Notes: a model not told the origin generated them from the letters alone. A stretch of 64,000 bases of DNA from Dehalococcoidia bacterium (GCA_964291545.2 OZ219860.1:829276-893275); one strand, 5' to 3'. Positions 7,327 through 17,385 are shown, counted from the first letter of the stretch. Made by a program: numbers and translations.

Positions 7327-7770
7327 CTAAGAGGCCTCTCCGTTATTGCAACGGTCGCAGATAACGTAGAGCTCGATGCGGTGGCCGACGATTTCGTCGG
7401 GGATGTTGTTCCCCAAGCCCCTCATCAACCGTTCCACTGTAGCGGCGCGAAACTCTCCCACGTTGCCACACCTGACACAGACGGTGTGGTGATGGTGTCC
7501 TACGCGTGACAGACTATACCGGGGAGCGCCGTCGACCAAGTTCAGCCGGCATACGACGCCGACTTCCATGAGAAGCTTGATGGTTCGGAATATGGTGGCC
7601 CTGCCGACACCCGGAAGTTCTTTGCTGATCTCTTCGGCGGTGAAGCCGTCGCCCTTTCCTTCCAAAATCCGGATGATGGCGCGCCTGGGAGCGGTGGTCC
7701 GGTAACCCCGGTCCTCCAGTACGGACATAATGTCCGGGTGTGAAGCGTGATGTGTGACCATAAGACTCAA
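7327..7770 (-). CDS. zur: Fur family transcriptional repressor, probably Zur
   Basis: 147 aa. It has a winged-helix N-terminus, HHHHTVCVRCG and CDRC metal-site motifs, and sits directly upstream of znuACB. Confidence 0.8.
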   Translation of the reverse strand: MSLMVTHHASHPDIMSVLEDRGYRTTAPRRAIIRILEGKGDGFTAEEISKELPGVGRATIFRTIKLLMEVGVVCRLNLVDGAPRYSLSRVGHHHHTVCVRCGNVGEFRAATVERLMRGLGNNIPDEIVGHRIELYVICDRCNNGEAS

Positions 7771-7801
7771 TCCCGAAGCCCGGCGCCGAAGGGGCTGCCG
7801 G

Positions 7802-8662
7802 TTATTCGTACCATCCCGACCCGAAAATCAGTCCGTCATGCAGTACCGCCCAGGTGTGCTTCCGCCGTTCACCGTCCGCATCGGGGTTCTCAAAGACATA
7901 TTGCAACCAGCGTCCCGAATCTGGGGAGCCCAACAACTCGTCGCCATAGAAGTACCCCGCCGAGTCAACCCGGAGGCTTGGGTCCCGACCGCGGAACATC
8001 GGATTGTGGTGGCCGACTGTGTAGCCGTCTTCGTCGATGATGAAGACGTACCACTGGTCGTCCACACTTTCCTTGGTGTTGTAGTACTCAATAGTAGCTT
8101 CCCGGCCGACGGCGTTGTAGAGGTTTATGGCCCTCTCGACGAAAGCCTGGGTGTAGGCGGGGTTGTCGAACTTGCTTGGGCCTCGCTCATACCATCCCGA
8201 GCCGAAGGTCAGCCCGTCATACTCAACCATCCAAGAATGCTTGACCTGAACCGCGCCCAAGGCCGGGTTGGGGAAGGCGTAGCTGAACCATTCCCCGTCT
8301 TCGTCGGCCACCGCAACTACGGCATCTCCGGCGGGATAGGCGTTGGGTCCGTCGACACCAGAAGAGTGCAGCCCAACAACATCCGGGTCGATCGCGTAAG
8401 CCAGCATAACGTCATTCTCGTCGAAGATGAACACGTACCACTGGCCGTCTATGCTTTCCGGGGTGTTGTAGTAGTCGACGGCGGCGGCGAGGCCTTCTGA
8501 ATCGTATTTCCGGATAGCTTCCCCGACGAGGTACTTCGTGTATTCGGCGGCATCGTACTTTGCGGGTGGGGCCTGTTCTCCATTAGTTTCGCCATCGCCC
8601 CGGCAAGCGATGGCCACCATGAGAAGAGCAATAATCGCGATTGCCAGAATCGGCGTGCGCAC
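7802..8662 (-). CDS. Secreted lipoprotein with two tandem Cache-like (PDC-fold) domains
   Basis: Signal peptide plus AIAC lipobox. There is an internal duplication: YYNTPESIDGQWYVFIFDEND...KHSWMVEYDGLTFGSGWYE and YYNTKESVDDQWYVFIIDEDG...KHTWAVLHDGLIFGSGWYE. This follows the sCache_2-like pattern as I remember it. Confidence 0.5.
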   Translation of the reverse strand: MRTPILAIAIIALLMVAIACRGDGETNGEQAPPAKYDAAEYTKYLVGEAIRKYDSEGLAAAVDYYNTPESIDGQWYVFIFDENDVMLAYAIDPDVVGLHSSGVDGPNAYPAGDAVVAVADEDGEWFSYAFPNPALGAVQVKHSWMVEYDGLTFGSGWYERGPSKFDNPAYTQAFVERAINLYNAVGREATIEYYNTKESVDDQWYVFIIDEDGYTVGHHNPMFRGRDPSLRVDSAGYFYGDELLGSPDSGRWLQYVFENPDADGERRKHTWAVLHDGLIFGSGWYE

Positions 8663-8878
8663 CGTTATCCCTGCTTATTTTGGCTTGCCTGGAATTTGTC
8701 TGATCCCAGTCGCGGCCCGGCATCCTCCAAGTCACTGATTTGGAGTGTATCATAGACCCGGCTCGAACAACTACGCGCCTACGCCCCTCTTCTTCTCCGC
8801 TTTGGGCTAACGTTGAATAGGCTGGGGGGCGGCCCCAGTCCCTATTGAACAAGCCGGGCAGCGGATAGTGGAGCACCG

Positions 8879-8955
8879 TGGTGGGCAGTGCAGGACTCGA
8901 ACCTGCGGCCTCCTGCGTGTAAAGCAGGCGCTCTAACCATCTGAGCTAACCGCCC
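8879..8955 (-). tRNA. tRNA-Val (anticodon TAC), CCA encoded
   Basis: The reverse complement is GGGCGGTTAGCTCAGATGGTTAGAGCGCCTGCTTTACACGCAGGAGGCCGCAGGTTCGAGTCCTGCACTGCCCACCA. It has a 7-bp acceptor stem, an anticodon stem CCTGC/GCAGG with loop TTTACAC, and a T-arm GCAGG-TTCGAGT-CCTGC. Confidence 0.9.
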
Positions 8956-9066
8956 ACGTTTGTGCTATGCCGCGGGGTCGCTTAAGCCCCCGTTCCTACC
9001 CTTCTCCCTTGGCTGACGAAGGGACTTTCACGCTCCATTGGGGAGGCTGTGCCCCTCTGACTGAAT

Positions 9067-9093
9067 GGCCCTCCCGGTATTGCCGGGAGGGCC
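9067..9093 (-). terminator. Strong stem-loop downstream of the amidohydrolase gene
   Basis: GGCCCTCCCGG-tattg-CCGGGAGGGCC forms an 11-bp perfect stem, 42 nt past the stop at 9135. There is no clear U-tract. Confidence 0.4.
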
Positions 9094-9134
9094 TGATGAT
9101 CGGGCTATGGGCTCTGGAATGCCGACGGCGCAGC

Positions 9135-10256
9135 TTAGTCCAGGTGATATATCCTGGCGCAGTTGCCGCCGACTATCTTGGCCTTTTCCTCGTCGGTGCA
9201 GTCCTGCAGGATGTGACCGAGGATTTCGCGGCTCCTGGGGAAGGTGCCCTCACCGTGGGGATAGTCGGCACCCCACTGGAGGGTGTCCACGCCGATGATG
9301 TGGCGGTCCCGGATGCCCAGGGCGTCTTCCTGGAAGCCGAGGAATACGTTGGTGCGGAAGTAGTCGCTGGGCAGGGCTCCCTCGTTCAGTCTGTAGCGGC
9401 GGGCAGAGCCGGGGCCTCTTTGGGTGTAGGTGTAGTCCAGGCGGTCCAAGAAGTGGGGCGCCCAGGACAGTTCCATCTCGACCGAGCCGACCTGGAGATT
9501 AGGATAGCGTTCGATCACGCCGTTGAAGATGATGTCGGCCAGGGAACACCGGACCCAGTGGTCCATGTTGCAGATGAAGGCAGGCCTGCCGATGTCGGGG
9601 TTGGCGAAATTGTTGCCGGCGTCGGCGCGGTTGGTGGCGGCATGCATGCTGAGCGGCATGCCCAGGCTTTCAGCGGCGGCCCAGAGGGGCTCATACCGGG
9701 GCTGATCGTAGAGCTGGCCGGTGAGGGGATAGACGGAGATCATTGCGCCGGAAAAGCCGAGCTTGTGGGCGCGCTCGAGTTCCTTGACGCCGATGCCCAC
9801 GTCATCCACGTTCAACATGGCGATGCCCTTCAGCCGGCTGGGAATGGCGTTGAAAAACTCAGCCACCCAGTCGTTGTAGGCCCGGCAGATGTCGGTCAAG
9901 AGGTCGCTGTCCTCGGTGCCGTAGAGCATGACGCCGGTGGTGGGGTAGATGATGCTCACGTCCATGCCGTCGATATCCAGGTCCTTGACGTGTTCCTCGG
10001 GGATGAACCCGCCAAGGCGCCCCTCTTCCATCCTGTGAGCGGCGCTGAGCTTGTCGGGGTCCTCGAACCTGACGCCGGCATCGGCCCCGCCGCCGCCGCC
10101 AATGACTTTGCGGCCGTCGCAGAACCACCAGTCGCCATCTTCCAAGTGCTCGATGTGCGGGGCGCGGTCCACGAACTTGGGGGACATCCTGGTGGTCCAC
10201 AGGTCTACCGGCTCGTGGATGTGGTTGTCAGAAGATACGATCCTGTGCTCGAACAT
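9135..10256 (-). CDS. Amidohydrolase family protein (amidohydrolase_2 / ACMSD-like metal-dependent hydrolase or decarboxylase)
   Basis: The N-terminus MFEHRIVSSDNHIHEP..DLW is typical of the family. I prefer the ATG at 10256 because GGAGG lies 6 nt upstream (10263-10267 on the plus strand as CCTCC). The track start at 10289 adds 11 aa. Confidence 0.75.
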   Translation of the reverse strand: MFEHRIVSSDNHIHEPVDLWTTRMSPKFVDRAPHIEHLEDGDWWFCDGRKVIGGGGGADAGVRFEDPDKLSAAHRMEEGRLGGFIPEEHVKDLDIDGMDVSIIYPTTGVMLYGTEDSDLLTDICRAYNDWVAEFFNAIPSRLKGIAMLNVDDVGIGVKELERAHKLGFSGAMISVYPLTGQLYDQPRYEPLWAAAESLGMPLSMHAATNRADAGNNFANPDIGRPAFICNMDHWVRCSLADIIFNGVIERYPNLQVGSVEMELSWAPHFLDRLDYTYTQRGPGSARRYRLNEGALPSDYFRTNVFLGFQEDALGIRDRHIIGVDTLQWGADYPHGEGTFPRSREILGHILQDCTDEEKAKIVGGNCARIYHLD

Positions 10257-10849
10257 GAGCTGCCTCCCGGTCGTATATATTCCCAGCATTCTCTGCCGTG
10301 TTGTTCCCTTCTCCCTGACGCTGCTAACCGACTACCGAATCGGGCCCGGCGTCGGCCGGACATTTCCCCGCGTCGGGCCAGGGCAACACGCCGTTTTCCG
10401 ACGCGGAAATTGTGACACGGCTACCCTTGACTGTCAATCTTTTGAGGTAGGCGGCGGCCTTGGTTTGTCGAGCCTGACAGGGGCTGCACATTTTCACTTC
10501 CCCTCTCATTGTCTCCCACTTCATCTCATTCCGGCGGCAGTGCCCGGAATGTGTCTCAGTCCAGGGGTTTTCTTGCGATTGGGACATTCTGGGACATTTT
10601 GTGACGTTCGGCTGGGGTTGGTCGCCGGGATGCAAACCACTTGATTCCAGCTTACGGGCTGGGTCTGGGGTGCGTCAACGGGGAAATGTCAGTGGCGAGC
10701 CGTTTGCTTCCCGGGTTCTACTCGCCTACCGCTAGGATGGCCATACCCAAAAGGAAATGGAACGTTGCAAAACTCAAGACTATATCGGAAGAGGAATCCT
10801 GCCCGTCGCTTGTATGTGTTGACATTGAGGGAATCGATTATTACGCTAG

Positions 10850-10930
10850 ACTAGTAAGCACGGAGTGGCCGGGGAACGTTGTCCCGCCTCAGGGATGGAC
10901 GCCGGACATAACCGTGCTTCACTTTTTTCC
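10850..10930 (+). ncRNA. Candidate small structured RNA (promoter-like hexamers, long-range stem, T-run)
   Basis: TTGACA at 10819-10824, a 17-nt spacer, then TACGCT at 10842-10847. AAGCACGG (10856-10863) pairs with CCGTGCTT (10912-10919), enclosing an inner GGCCGGGG..CCCGCC hairpin, followed by TTTTTT at 10923-10928. It matches no RNA family I know. Confidence 0.2.
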
Positions 10931-11275
10931 GGTCTTTTTCCGGCCGAGTGGCCTACCAAGCGCCGCGATAGACAGTAAATGTGGAAGGCGATTCCCATTG
11001 GTATGATCCGGATGACGGGCTATCAGCGCCAGTGTGGGCACCAGTGGGCACACACGTAACTGGAGAGGCCTCGGGTTTGCCCCAAGGGCTAGTCAGCTAA
11101 TTGGGGCCAGCCCTATTGGAACAGGGGAACAGGCGCAAGGCTAACGGGAAGAATGACGACTACCACATCCCCTTCGGAAAATAGGGGCAAGAACCCTGCA
11201 ATTATTCCCATGAAGCCATTTTACCCCTTCAGGAGATACCAGATGTTGACCAGTAATCGGTTGAGTTAGTCTGCA

Positions 11276-12691
11276 ATGCCGATGAGGCTTGGAAATTACG
11301 GGCAAGGGACAGGCGACAGTTCCGGGTATCACCCACCGGCATGTACCTGCTACGACTGCAACGAAGCAAGACGGCAGCGTGAACGAGGAGAGCATGCGGA
11401 GGAGGCGGCCCGGCGATTGACGGAAGCCGCTCTAGGACCTCGGCAACAGCCGCGTCGCTCGGTTCCGAACAGGCCCCATCCACCGCAATTGCCACGCCGC
11501 CGCAAGCCGAGGTCAGGGGGTTGTTTCGGGGGAACGCTCGCGGTCGCTCTTGTGTGCGGAGGCTTGGCTTTGGCAGTATGGGTCATTGCAGGACGACCGC
11601 TACCACAGACTTTAGTGTCTACACCCCCAGTGACTCAACCTGCCGCCCTCAACGACTCGCCAAACCCAACGGCAACGCCGGTACAGGCGTCGGCACCTGC
11701 TTCCTCGCCAACCGCGGTCCAGTCGCTCCAACCGCTCTCTACGCCTACACCAACATCGGCGGCGCCAGCCGTGGATATAAGCGAGCTTCGAGACTACGCA
11801 CTTCAACTCATCAACAGAGACCGCAAGGACCACGGCTTATCGCCGGTCGTGTTGGGTTCAAATCCAGCAGCCCAAATGCACGCGGAAGATATGATTGAGA
11901 ATGAATATATGGGGCATTGGTGGGTGGATGGAAGAAAACCGTACATGGTGTACTCAGAAACCGGTGGGAGTAGCTACGTTGCCGAGAACGTCGCCGCAAG
12001 TGGATGGACGCAGCGGGAGTGGTCCGCTAAGAACTGCGGGGCTTGGACCGTCAATTGCCTCGTGCCTACGGTGAAGGACGCCATTACAGAGGCCCAGTAC
12101 GGCATGATGTACGATGACGCCCACGCGAGTTGGGGACACCGGGATAACATCCTGCGGGAGACCCACAGAGCCGTTAGCCTGGGTATCGCGTCGAACGGTA
12201 GAAGGATTATCTTCGTGCAGCACTTTGAAGGGGGAGACGCAGTAGCACCCAAGCCACCTGTACTATCTAGCGATGGTAGACTAACCTTCACGGTGTCCAA
12301 GGTAGCTGGAGGAATAGACATCGGGCCTGTCGTGACGGTCTCCTACGACCCTCCGCCCACACCCAAGACGCCGGAACAGATTGACCGGACCAAATCGTAT
12401 TGCGTTGGAGGCGGCTTCAGAGAGACATGCCTCGACGCGGCGGCGGTGCGTATTTTGAAGCCGCCGCCGTCCGGTTCCTACTACCCATCTCTCGATAACA
12501 ATGAGGTTGTCGCGGACGAATGGAGCGAAACACCTACGGAGTTCCGCTTCTCCGCCGACTTAGGCAGTCTCGCCGATGCCCCGGGTATCTATACGGTCTC
12601 AATCTGGCGTGCTGGCTCCGGTCTGCTTCTGACTGATGTTTTGGTCGAACTCTCGGTGCAGCCGGACGGCTTAGTCGGCAAGGAAGGGTGA
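11276..12691 (+). CDS. Membrane-anchored CAP/SCP (PR-1-like) domain protein with a Pro/Thr/Ser-rich linker
   Basis: There is one TM segment (CFGGTLAVALVCGGLALAVWVIA) and a low-complexity PTS linker. The CAP-like segment is YALQLINRDRKDHGLSPVVLGSNPAAQMHAEDMIENEYMGHWW...WGHRDNIL. Confidence 0.6.
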   Translation: MPMRLGNYGQGTGDSSGYHPPACTCYDCNEARRQRERGEHAEEAARRLTEAALGPRQQPRRSVPNRPHPPQLPRRRKPRSGGCFGGTLAVALVCGGLALAVWVIAGRPLPQTLVSTPPVTQPAALNDSPNPTATPVQASAPASSPTAVQSLQPLSTPTPTSAAPAVDISELRDYALQLINRDRKDHGLSPVVLGSNPAAQMHAEDMIENEYMGHWWVDGRKPYMVYSETGGSSYVAENVAASGWTQREWSAKNCGAWTVNCLVPTVKDAITEAQYGMMYDDAHASWGHRDNILRETHRAVSLGIASNGRRIIFVQHFEGGDAVAPKPPVLSSDGRLTFTVSKVAGGIDIGPVVTVSYDPPPTPKTPEQIDRTKSYCVGGGFRETCLDAAAVRILKPPPSGSYYPSLDNNEVVADEWSETPTEFRFSADLGSLADAPGIYTVSIWRAGSGLLLTDVLVELSVQPDGLVGKEG

Positions 12692-12939
12692 TGGCGGAAC
12701 TCCCGTCTGGGCCAGTGCGCTCATCACCTTCCATGCGCCGGAGCCTCTGACGAGATTTTGGGTCAGCAGGAGGATTATGGGTCACAGCCACCTGCGCTTC
12801 GGCTCCTCCGCTATTTCCGATGGGCTATAATAGGCGCGCCTTGGCGTAGGGCATCGCTGGATACAGGGCCGGGGGGTTCCCGCTCCCGGGCAGTGGCTTA
12901 CGCCTCGACTCTATACGGAGAAAGCTCAAGGAGAAACGA

Positions 12940-13659
12940 ATGGAACCGGTGATTAGGAACATCCGCGACCTGCAAAGCCCGGAGAATCCGACGACGTTGA
13001 TGATTTCACGGGACGACAACCCGCCCACGAATACCCTGATGTTCTCGCATATTCCGCCCGGAGAGACCAGCCCGCACCATATTCACCACTGGGAGCACCT
13101 GGTCTACGTGGTGCAGGGAAAAGGGACGATGTATTGCGACAACAAACCGTACACGATCAAAGAGGGCGACGCTATCCTGATTCCGCAAGAAGTGGACCAT
13201 CGCTCGGTGAACGACGGCGGCGGGCCGGAGCCGCTGCAGCGCATCGAGGTGAACCCTCTCAGCGCCGGCACGCCCGAGGCAAGGCCGGGAGGGACCGAGA
13301 AAGGGACGGGCGCGGCGCCGGTGATCCGCAATTACAGGGACTTGGCCGGGACTCCCGATACCCGGATCATCACCGTCAAGGACGGGGCGCCGAATTACAT
13401 AATGATATACAACGGCGCGATAGACCCGGGCTACGCCTCGCACCGGGACGCCGGCGGACATACCCACTCGTGGGAGCACGTGGTGTACGTCCTGGAGGGG
13501 CATGCGAGCCTGGTGGTCGCTGGAAAGACTTACCCGGTAACCGCGGGGGACGCGGTGCTGGTGCCGCCGGACGTGCTGCACCAGTGGCGGAACGACGGAG
13601 ACACGCCCATGACGCGGATTACGTTCAATCCGCTGATCGCGGAGGGGCGGTATAACTAG
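12940..13659 (+). CDS. Bicupin (two cupin domains) protein
   Basis: Two cupin metal motifs: SPHHIHHWEHLVYVVQGKG...GDAILIP and GGHTHSWEHVVYVLEGHA...GDAVLVPP. AAGGAG RBS. Confidence 0.75.
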   Translation: MEPVIRNIRDLQSPENPTTLMISRDDNPPTNTLMFSHIPPGETSPHHIHHWEHLVYVVQGKGTMYCDNKPYTIKEGDAILIPQEVDHRSVNDGGGPEPLQRIEVNPLSAGTPEARPGGTEKGTGAAPVIRNYRDLAGTPDTRIITVKDGAPNYIMIYNGAIDPGYASHRDAGGHTHSWEHVVYVLEGHASLVVAGKTYPVTAGDAVLVPPDVLHQWRNDGDTPMTRITFNPLIAEGRYN

Positions 13660-13673
13660 GCTGACGGGGACCG

Positions 13674-13780
13674 ATTCCCGTCTTCACGGGAATGATGGGT
13701 TGCAGTGTGGGCCCTTCGAGTGTCTCAGGGCAGACGCCGGCTGACCGTTCCCCCTTCGAGAGCCTCAGGACGAACGGACC
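13674..13780. repeat. Family C hairpin (13674-13693) and family A-type elements (13710-13780) in the bicupin/metH convergent spacer
   Basis: ATTCCCG-tcttca-CGGGAAT, and CCGTTC-CCCCTTCGAGAGCCTCAG-GACGAACGG. Confidence 0.8.
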
Positions 13781-13851
13781 GCCTAGGCCGCGGGTATGCA
13801 AGGGTCTTCCGGCGTAGGAATGGCGGGTTGGAAGCGTTTGTCGTTGGGTGT

Positions 13852-16800
13852 CTAGGAGTTAGCTACTTCCCGTTCCAGGCGTTCTATGTCCGTTTCGCTG
13901 AGGTTGAAGTACTTGGCGTCGGGGTGGTGGATGACCAGGGCGGAGACGGTGGACTCGGGGTCCATCATGTAGCCTTCGGTTAACTCGACGCCGGTGTTTT
14001 GGGCCACGTCCAGTAGCCGGAACAGCTGCTCCTGGTCTTCCAGCCGGGGACAGGCGGGATAGCCGAAGGAGTAGCGCTTGCCCCGGTACTGGGCGCGGAA
14101 CAGGTCCTGGTAGGAAATACCGGCCGGGTCGCCGAAACCCCACATCTGCCTGATTTGCTGGTGGAGCAACTCGGCAAAGGCCTCGGCGCTCTCCAAGGCC
14201 AAGGCTTGGACTGTGTGGGAGTCCAAATACCGTCCCTCATCCCTTAGTTTCTGTGACAGAGCCATGACACCGGGCCCCACCGCGGTTACGAACATGGCAA
14301 CGTAGTCCACGTCGCCGCCGGATTGGCCACCGGGCCTGGCCCGGACATAGTCGGACAGGCACAGCCCGTCCCGCTGGGACTGACGGCCAAAGTAGAAGCT
14401 TTCCAACACGGTGCGCCGGTCGGGACCGTATATGAGCAGCCGCTGCCCGTCGGACTGGGCGGGGAAGAACTTGAACACGGCCTTGGCGGTGATGTTTGGG
14501 TCGGCCAGCATCATCTCCTCGACCCGGCGTACGGCATCCCGGAGTTGCAAGGCATCTGGGTCTTCGGCCTCCAACGCGTCCTGGAAACGACCCTTGAAGC
14601 CCAGGTGACGGCTGTACAGCATAGCCGGGTTGATGTAGGGGAATATGCTTTCCAAGTCGTAGTCATCCAGCACGTGAAGCCGCAGGTCCGGCGGGTTGGG
14701 CGGCTGTATGTCCGTTCGCACCTGGAGTGACGGGGCTGTGGCGGTCTCAGTTGCCTGCCCGTTGCCGGCCGCGCCCTGCCGGCGGGCCCCGTCAGCCCTG
14801 GACAGTTCTTCGGTTTCAGACTCCAATGCGCGGGCCAACTCCTCTCGTTCGTCGGCTTCCTGGATGGTGTTGGCCAGGGCCAGGCCCGACATAGCGTCGG
14901 GGGCGTAGGCGACCAGCCCCTGGTATTCGGGAGCGATGCGCAGGCGCGTGAACCGGTTGGACAGGGCCGCGCCGCCCACCAGCATAGGGCAGTTGACTCC
15001 CTCCTGCCGGAAATCGTGGACGGTTTCCACCATCATCTGGGCCGATTTGACCAGGAGGCCGGAGAGGCCGATGATGTCGGGCCGGTGCTGCCGGTAGGCG
15101 TCGATCAAGTCCTGGGGCGGGACCTTGATTCCCAGGTTAATCACCCGGTAGCCGTTGTTGGAGAAGATGATGTCCACTAAATTCTTGCCGATGTCGTGGA
15201 CGTCGCCCTTTACCGTGGCCAGCACGACGGTGCCCTTGGTGGCGCTCTCCACCTGCTCCATGTGGAGTTCCAACCGAGCCACGGCGAACTTCATAGACTC
15301 GGCGGACTGGAGCACCTCGGCCACAATCAACTGGTTGGCGTTGAACTGGCGTCCCACCTCTCCCATGCCGGCCATCAGCGGCCCGTTGATTATCTCCAAG
15401 GGTTCCCTGTCGGACAGGGCTTCATCCAGGTCTTCGGCCAGCCCCTCCTTGGTGCCCTCTATGATCGCCAGGGCGAGCCGTTCGTCCAGCGGCAGAAGCT
15501 GCCGCTCTTCACCGGGGGCCTTGGCTGGGCGCTGCCGGAAATGGGCGGCAAAGGCCGCCACCGGGTCGTCGCCCCGGTCCCACATCAGGTCTTCGGCCAG
15601 CTTGCGTTCCTCTTCGGGTATAGACGTGTACCGCTGCATCAACTCGGCGTTGACGATGGCCATGTCCAGCCCTGCCTGAACGCAGTGGTAGAGGAATACG
15701 GAATTGAGGACCTCGCGGCCCGCCGGGGGCAGGCCAAAGGACACGTTGGAAACGCCCAAGACGGTCTTGGCTTGGGGAAGGGCCTGCTTGATCAGGCGCA
15801 CCCCCTCGATGGTCTCGGCGGCTGACCCGACGTAGTTCCGGTCGCCGGTCCCCGCCGGGAATACCAGGGGGTCGAAGATAATATCCTCGGGGGGAACGCC
15901 GTACTTCTCGGTCAGGATCCGGAAGGAACGTTGGGCAACCTCCAGCTTTCTTTCCCTGGTAATGGCCTGCGCCTGCTCCTTGTCCTCGTCGATGCAGCCG
16001 ACAACCAGGGCCGCGCCGTAGCGCCGGGCCAGGGGGACGACGGCCTGGAACCGGGCCTCGCCGTCCTCCAGGTTGACGGAGTTAATCACCGACTTGCCCT
16101 GGAGCCGCTTGAGGGCCGTTTCAATCACCGCGCTGTCGGTGGAGTCAATCATTATGGGAGCCTTGACCTTCTTGGTGAGAACGTCGAGCAGGGCGACCAT
16201 GTCGGCGGTCTCGTCCCTATCCGGGTCCTGCAGGCACACGTCGAGAACGTGGGCCCCGTTGCGCACCTGCCGCCGGCCGACTTCAGCGGCCTCTTCGAAG
16301 CCGCCATCGGAGATGAGGCGGCGGAACCTGCGGCTGCCCAGCACGTTGGTGCGCTCGCCGACTATGGCAGGCCGGACGTCGTCGTTGACCACCAGCGACT
16401 CGATGCCGGATACCCTGGTCTCGGCCGTTGCTGCGGGACTGCGGGCCGGCTTGCCCGCAGCCAATTGGGCCAGCAGGCGAATGTGCTCCGGCGTGGTGCC
16501 GCAGCAGCCGCCGATTAGATTGTTCCATCCGGCTTCAAGGAACCGGCCGATGGTGGCGGCCATCATTTCCGGGGTCTCGTTGTAGTTGCCGTCCTCGTCG
16601 GGCAGGCCGGCGTTGGGCAAGCAGGCAACGGGAAAGCGGGACAGAGCGGCCAAAGTCCGTATGTGGTCGGTCATGAACACCGGGCCGGTGGCGCAGTTGA
16701 ACCCCACCCACAGCAGGTCGCGGTGGGCCAGGGAGGTGTAGAAGGCCTCAGCGTCCTGACCGGCGAGCAAGGTGCCCATGGGTTCGATGGTCCCCTGGAC

Positions 16801-17385
16801 GGCCACCGGAACATTCCGGCCCAGTTGAACGAAGGCCTGGTCGATGCCAACCAGGCCGGCCTTGATGTTGAGCATGTCCTGCCCGGTCTCCAAGAGCAGC
16901 ACGTCGACGCCGCCTTCGATCAACCCCTCGGCCTGCTCCTGGTAGGATACGGCCAGTTCGTCGAAGGTTATGCCGCCGGTGACGCTGATGGACTTTGTGG
17001 TCGGCCCCATGGACCCGGCCACAAAGCGGGGCCTGTCGGCGGTGGAAGAAGCGTCGCACAAGTCACGGGCCAACCTGGCGGCTTCCCGGTTGACTTGGCG
17101 GGCCTCAGGGGCGAGGTCGTACTCGGCCAAGACGACGGATGTGGCGCCAAAGGTGTTGGTCTCGACGATGTCGGCCCCGGCGTCGAGGAAGGACTGATGT
17201 ATGCCGCCGATGACGTCTGGCCGGGTAACGATCAGGTGCTCGTTGCAGCCCTCGTACTCCGGGCCGCCGAAGTCGTCGGGGCCGAGGTCGCGGGCCTGGA
17301 TGGAGGTGCCCATGGCGCCGTCCAACACCAGAACTCGTTCCTGGAGCAGGCCTTTGAGGGTTTCTATGCGTTTCTGTTGGTCCAT
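13852..17385 (-). CDS. metH: Cobalamin-dependent methionine synthase
   Basis: 1177 aa with all MetH modules recognisable: Hcy-binding (VLDGAMGT), pterin-binding, B12-binding (DVHDIGKN) and the AdoMet activation domain. Confidence 0.97.
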   Translation of the reverse strand: MDQQKRIETLKGLLQERVLVLDGAMGTSIQARDLGPDDFGGPEYEGCNEHLIVTRPDVIGGIHQSFLDAGADIVETNTFGATSVVLAEYDLAPEARQVNREAARLARDLCDASSTADRPRFVAGSMGPTTKSISVTGGITFDELAVSYQEQAEGLIEGGVDVLLLETGQDMLNIKAGLVGIDQAFVQLGRNVPVAVQGTIEPMGTLLAGQDAEAFYTSLAHRDLLWVGFNCATGPVFMTDHIRTLAALSRFPVACLPNAGLPDEDGNYNETPEMMAATIGRFLEAGWNNLIGGCCGTTPEHIRLLAQLAAGKPARSPAATAETRVSGIESLVVNDDVRPAIVGERTNVLGSRRFRRLISDGGFEEAAEVGRRQVRNGAHVLDVCLQDPDRDETADMVALLDVLTKKVKAPIMIDSTDSAVIETALKRLQGKSVINSVNLEDGEARFQAVVPLARRYGAALVVGCIDEDKEQAQAITRERKLEVAQRSFRILTEKYGVPPEDIIFDPLVFPAGTGDRNYVGSAAETIEGVRLIKQALPQAKTVLGVSNVSFGLPPAGREVLNSVFLYHCVQAGLDMAIVNAELMQRYTSIPEEERKLAEDLMWDRGDDPVAAFAAHFRQRPAKAPGEERQLLPLDERLALAIIEGTKEGLAEDLDEALSDREPLEIINGPLMAGMGEVGRQFNANQLIVAEVLQSAESMKFAVARLELHMEQVESATKGTVVLATVKGDVHDIGKNLVDIIFSNNGYRVINLGIKVPPQDLIDAYRQHRPDIIGLSGLLVKSAQMMVETVHDFRQEGVNCPMLVGGAALSNRFTRLRIAPEYQGLVAYAPDAMSGLALANTIQEADEREELARALESETEELSRADGARRQGAAGNGQATETATAPSLQVRTDIQPPNPPDLRLHVLDDYDLESIFPYINPAMLYSRHLGFKGRFQDALEAEDPDALQLRDAVRRVEEMMLADPNITAKAVFKFFPAQSDGQRLLIYGPDRRTVLESFYFGRQSQRDGLCLSDYVRARPGGQSGGDVDYVAMFVTAVGPGVMALSQKLRDEGRYLDSHTVQALALESAEAFAELLHQQIRQMWGFGDPAGISYQDLFRAQYRGKRYSFGYPACPRLEDQEQLFRLLDVAQNTGVELTEGYMMDPESTVSALVIHHPDAKYFNLSETDIERLEREVANS

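Noticed and set aside
8967-10415. Long antisense ORFs opposite real genes (e.g. 8967..10415, 16663..17916, 23762..24502, 29973..30908, 34183..35055, 37528..38619, 39118..40110, 45521..46357, 50799..51776, 55482..56519, 61945..62907)
   Set aside because: Each lies fully within a gene on the other strand that has clear family motifs. Their products are Gly/Arg/Pro/Val-rich with no recognisable motifs. These are typical shadow ORFs in high-GC DNA.
10641-11006. 121-aa ORF in the low-GC spacer
   Set aside because: There is no RBS, no recognisable family, and promoter-like and terminator-like signals lie inside it. It is kept only as context for the non-coding-region finding.
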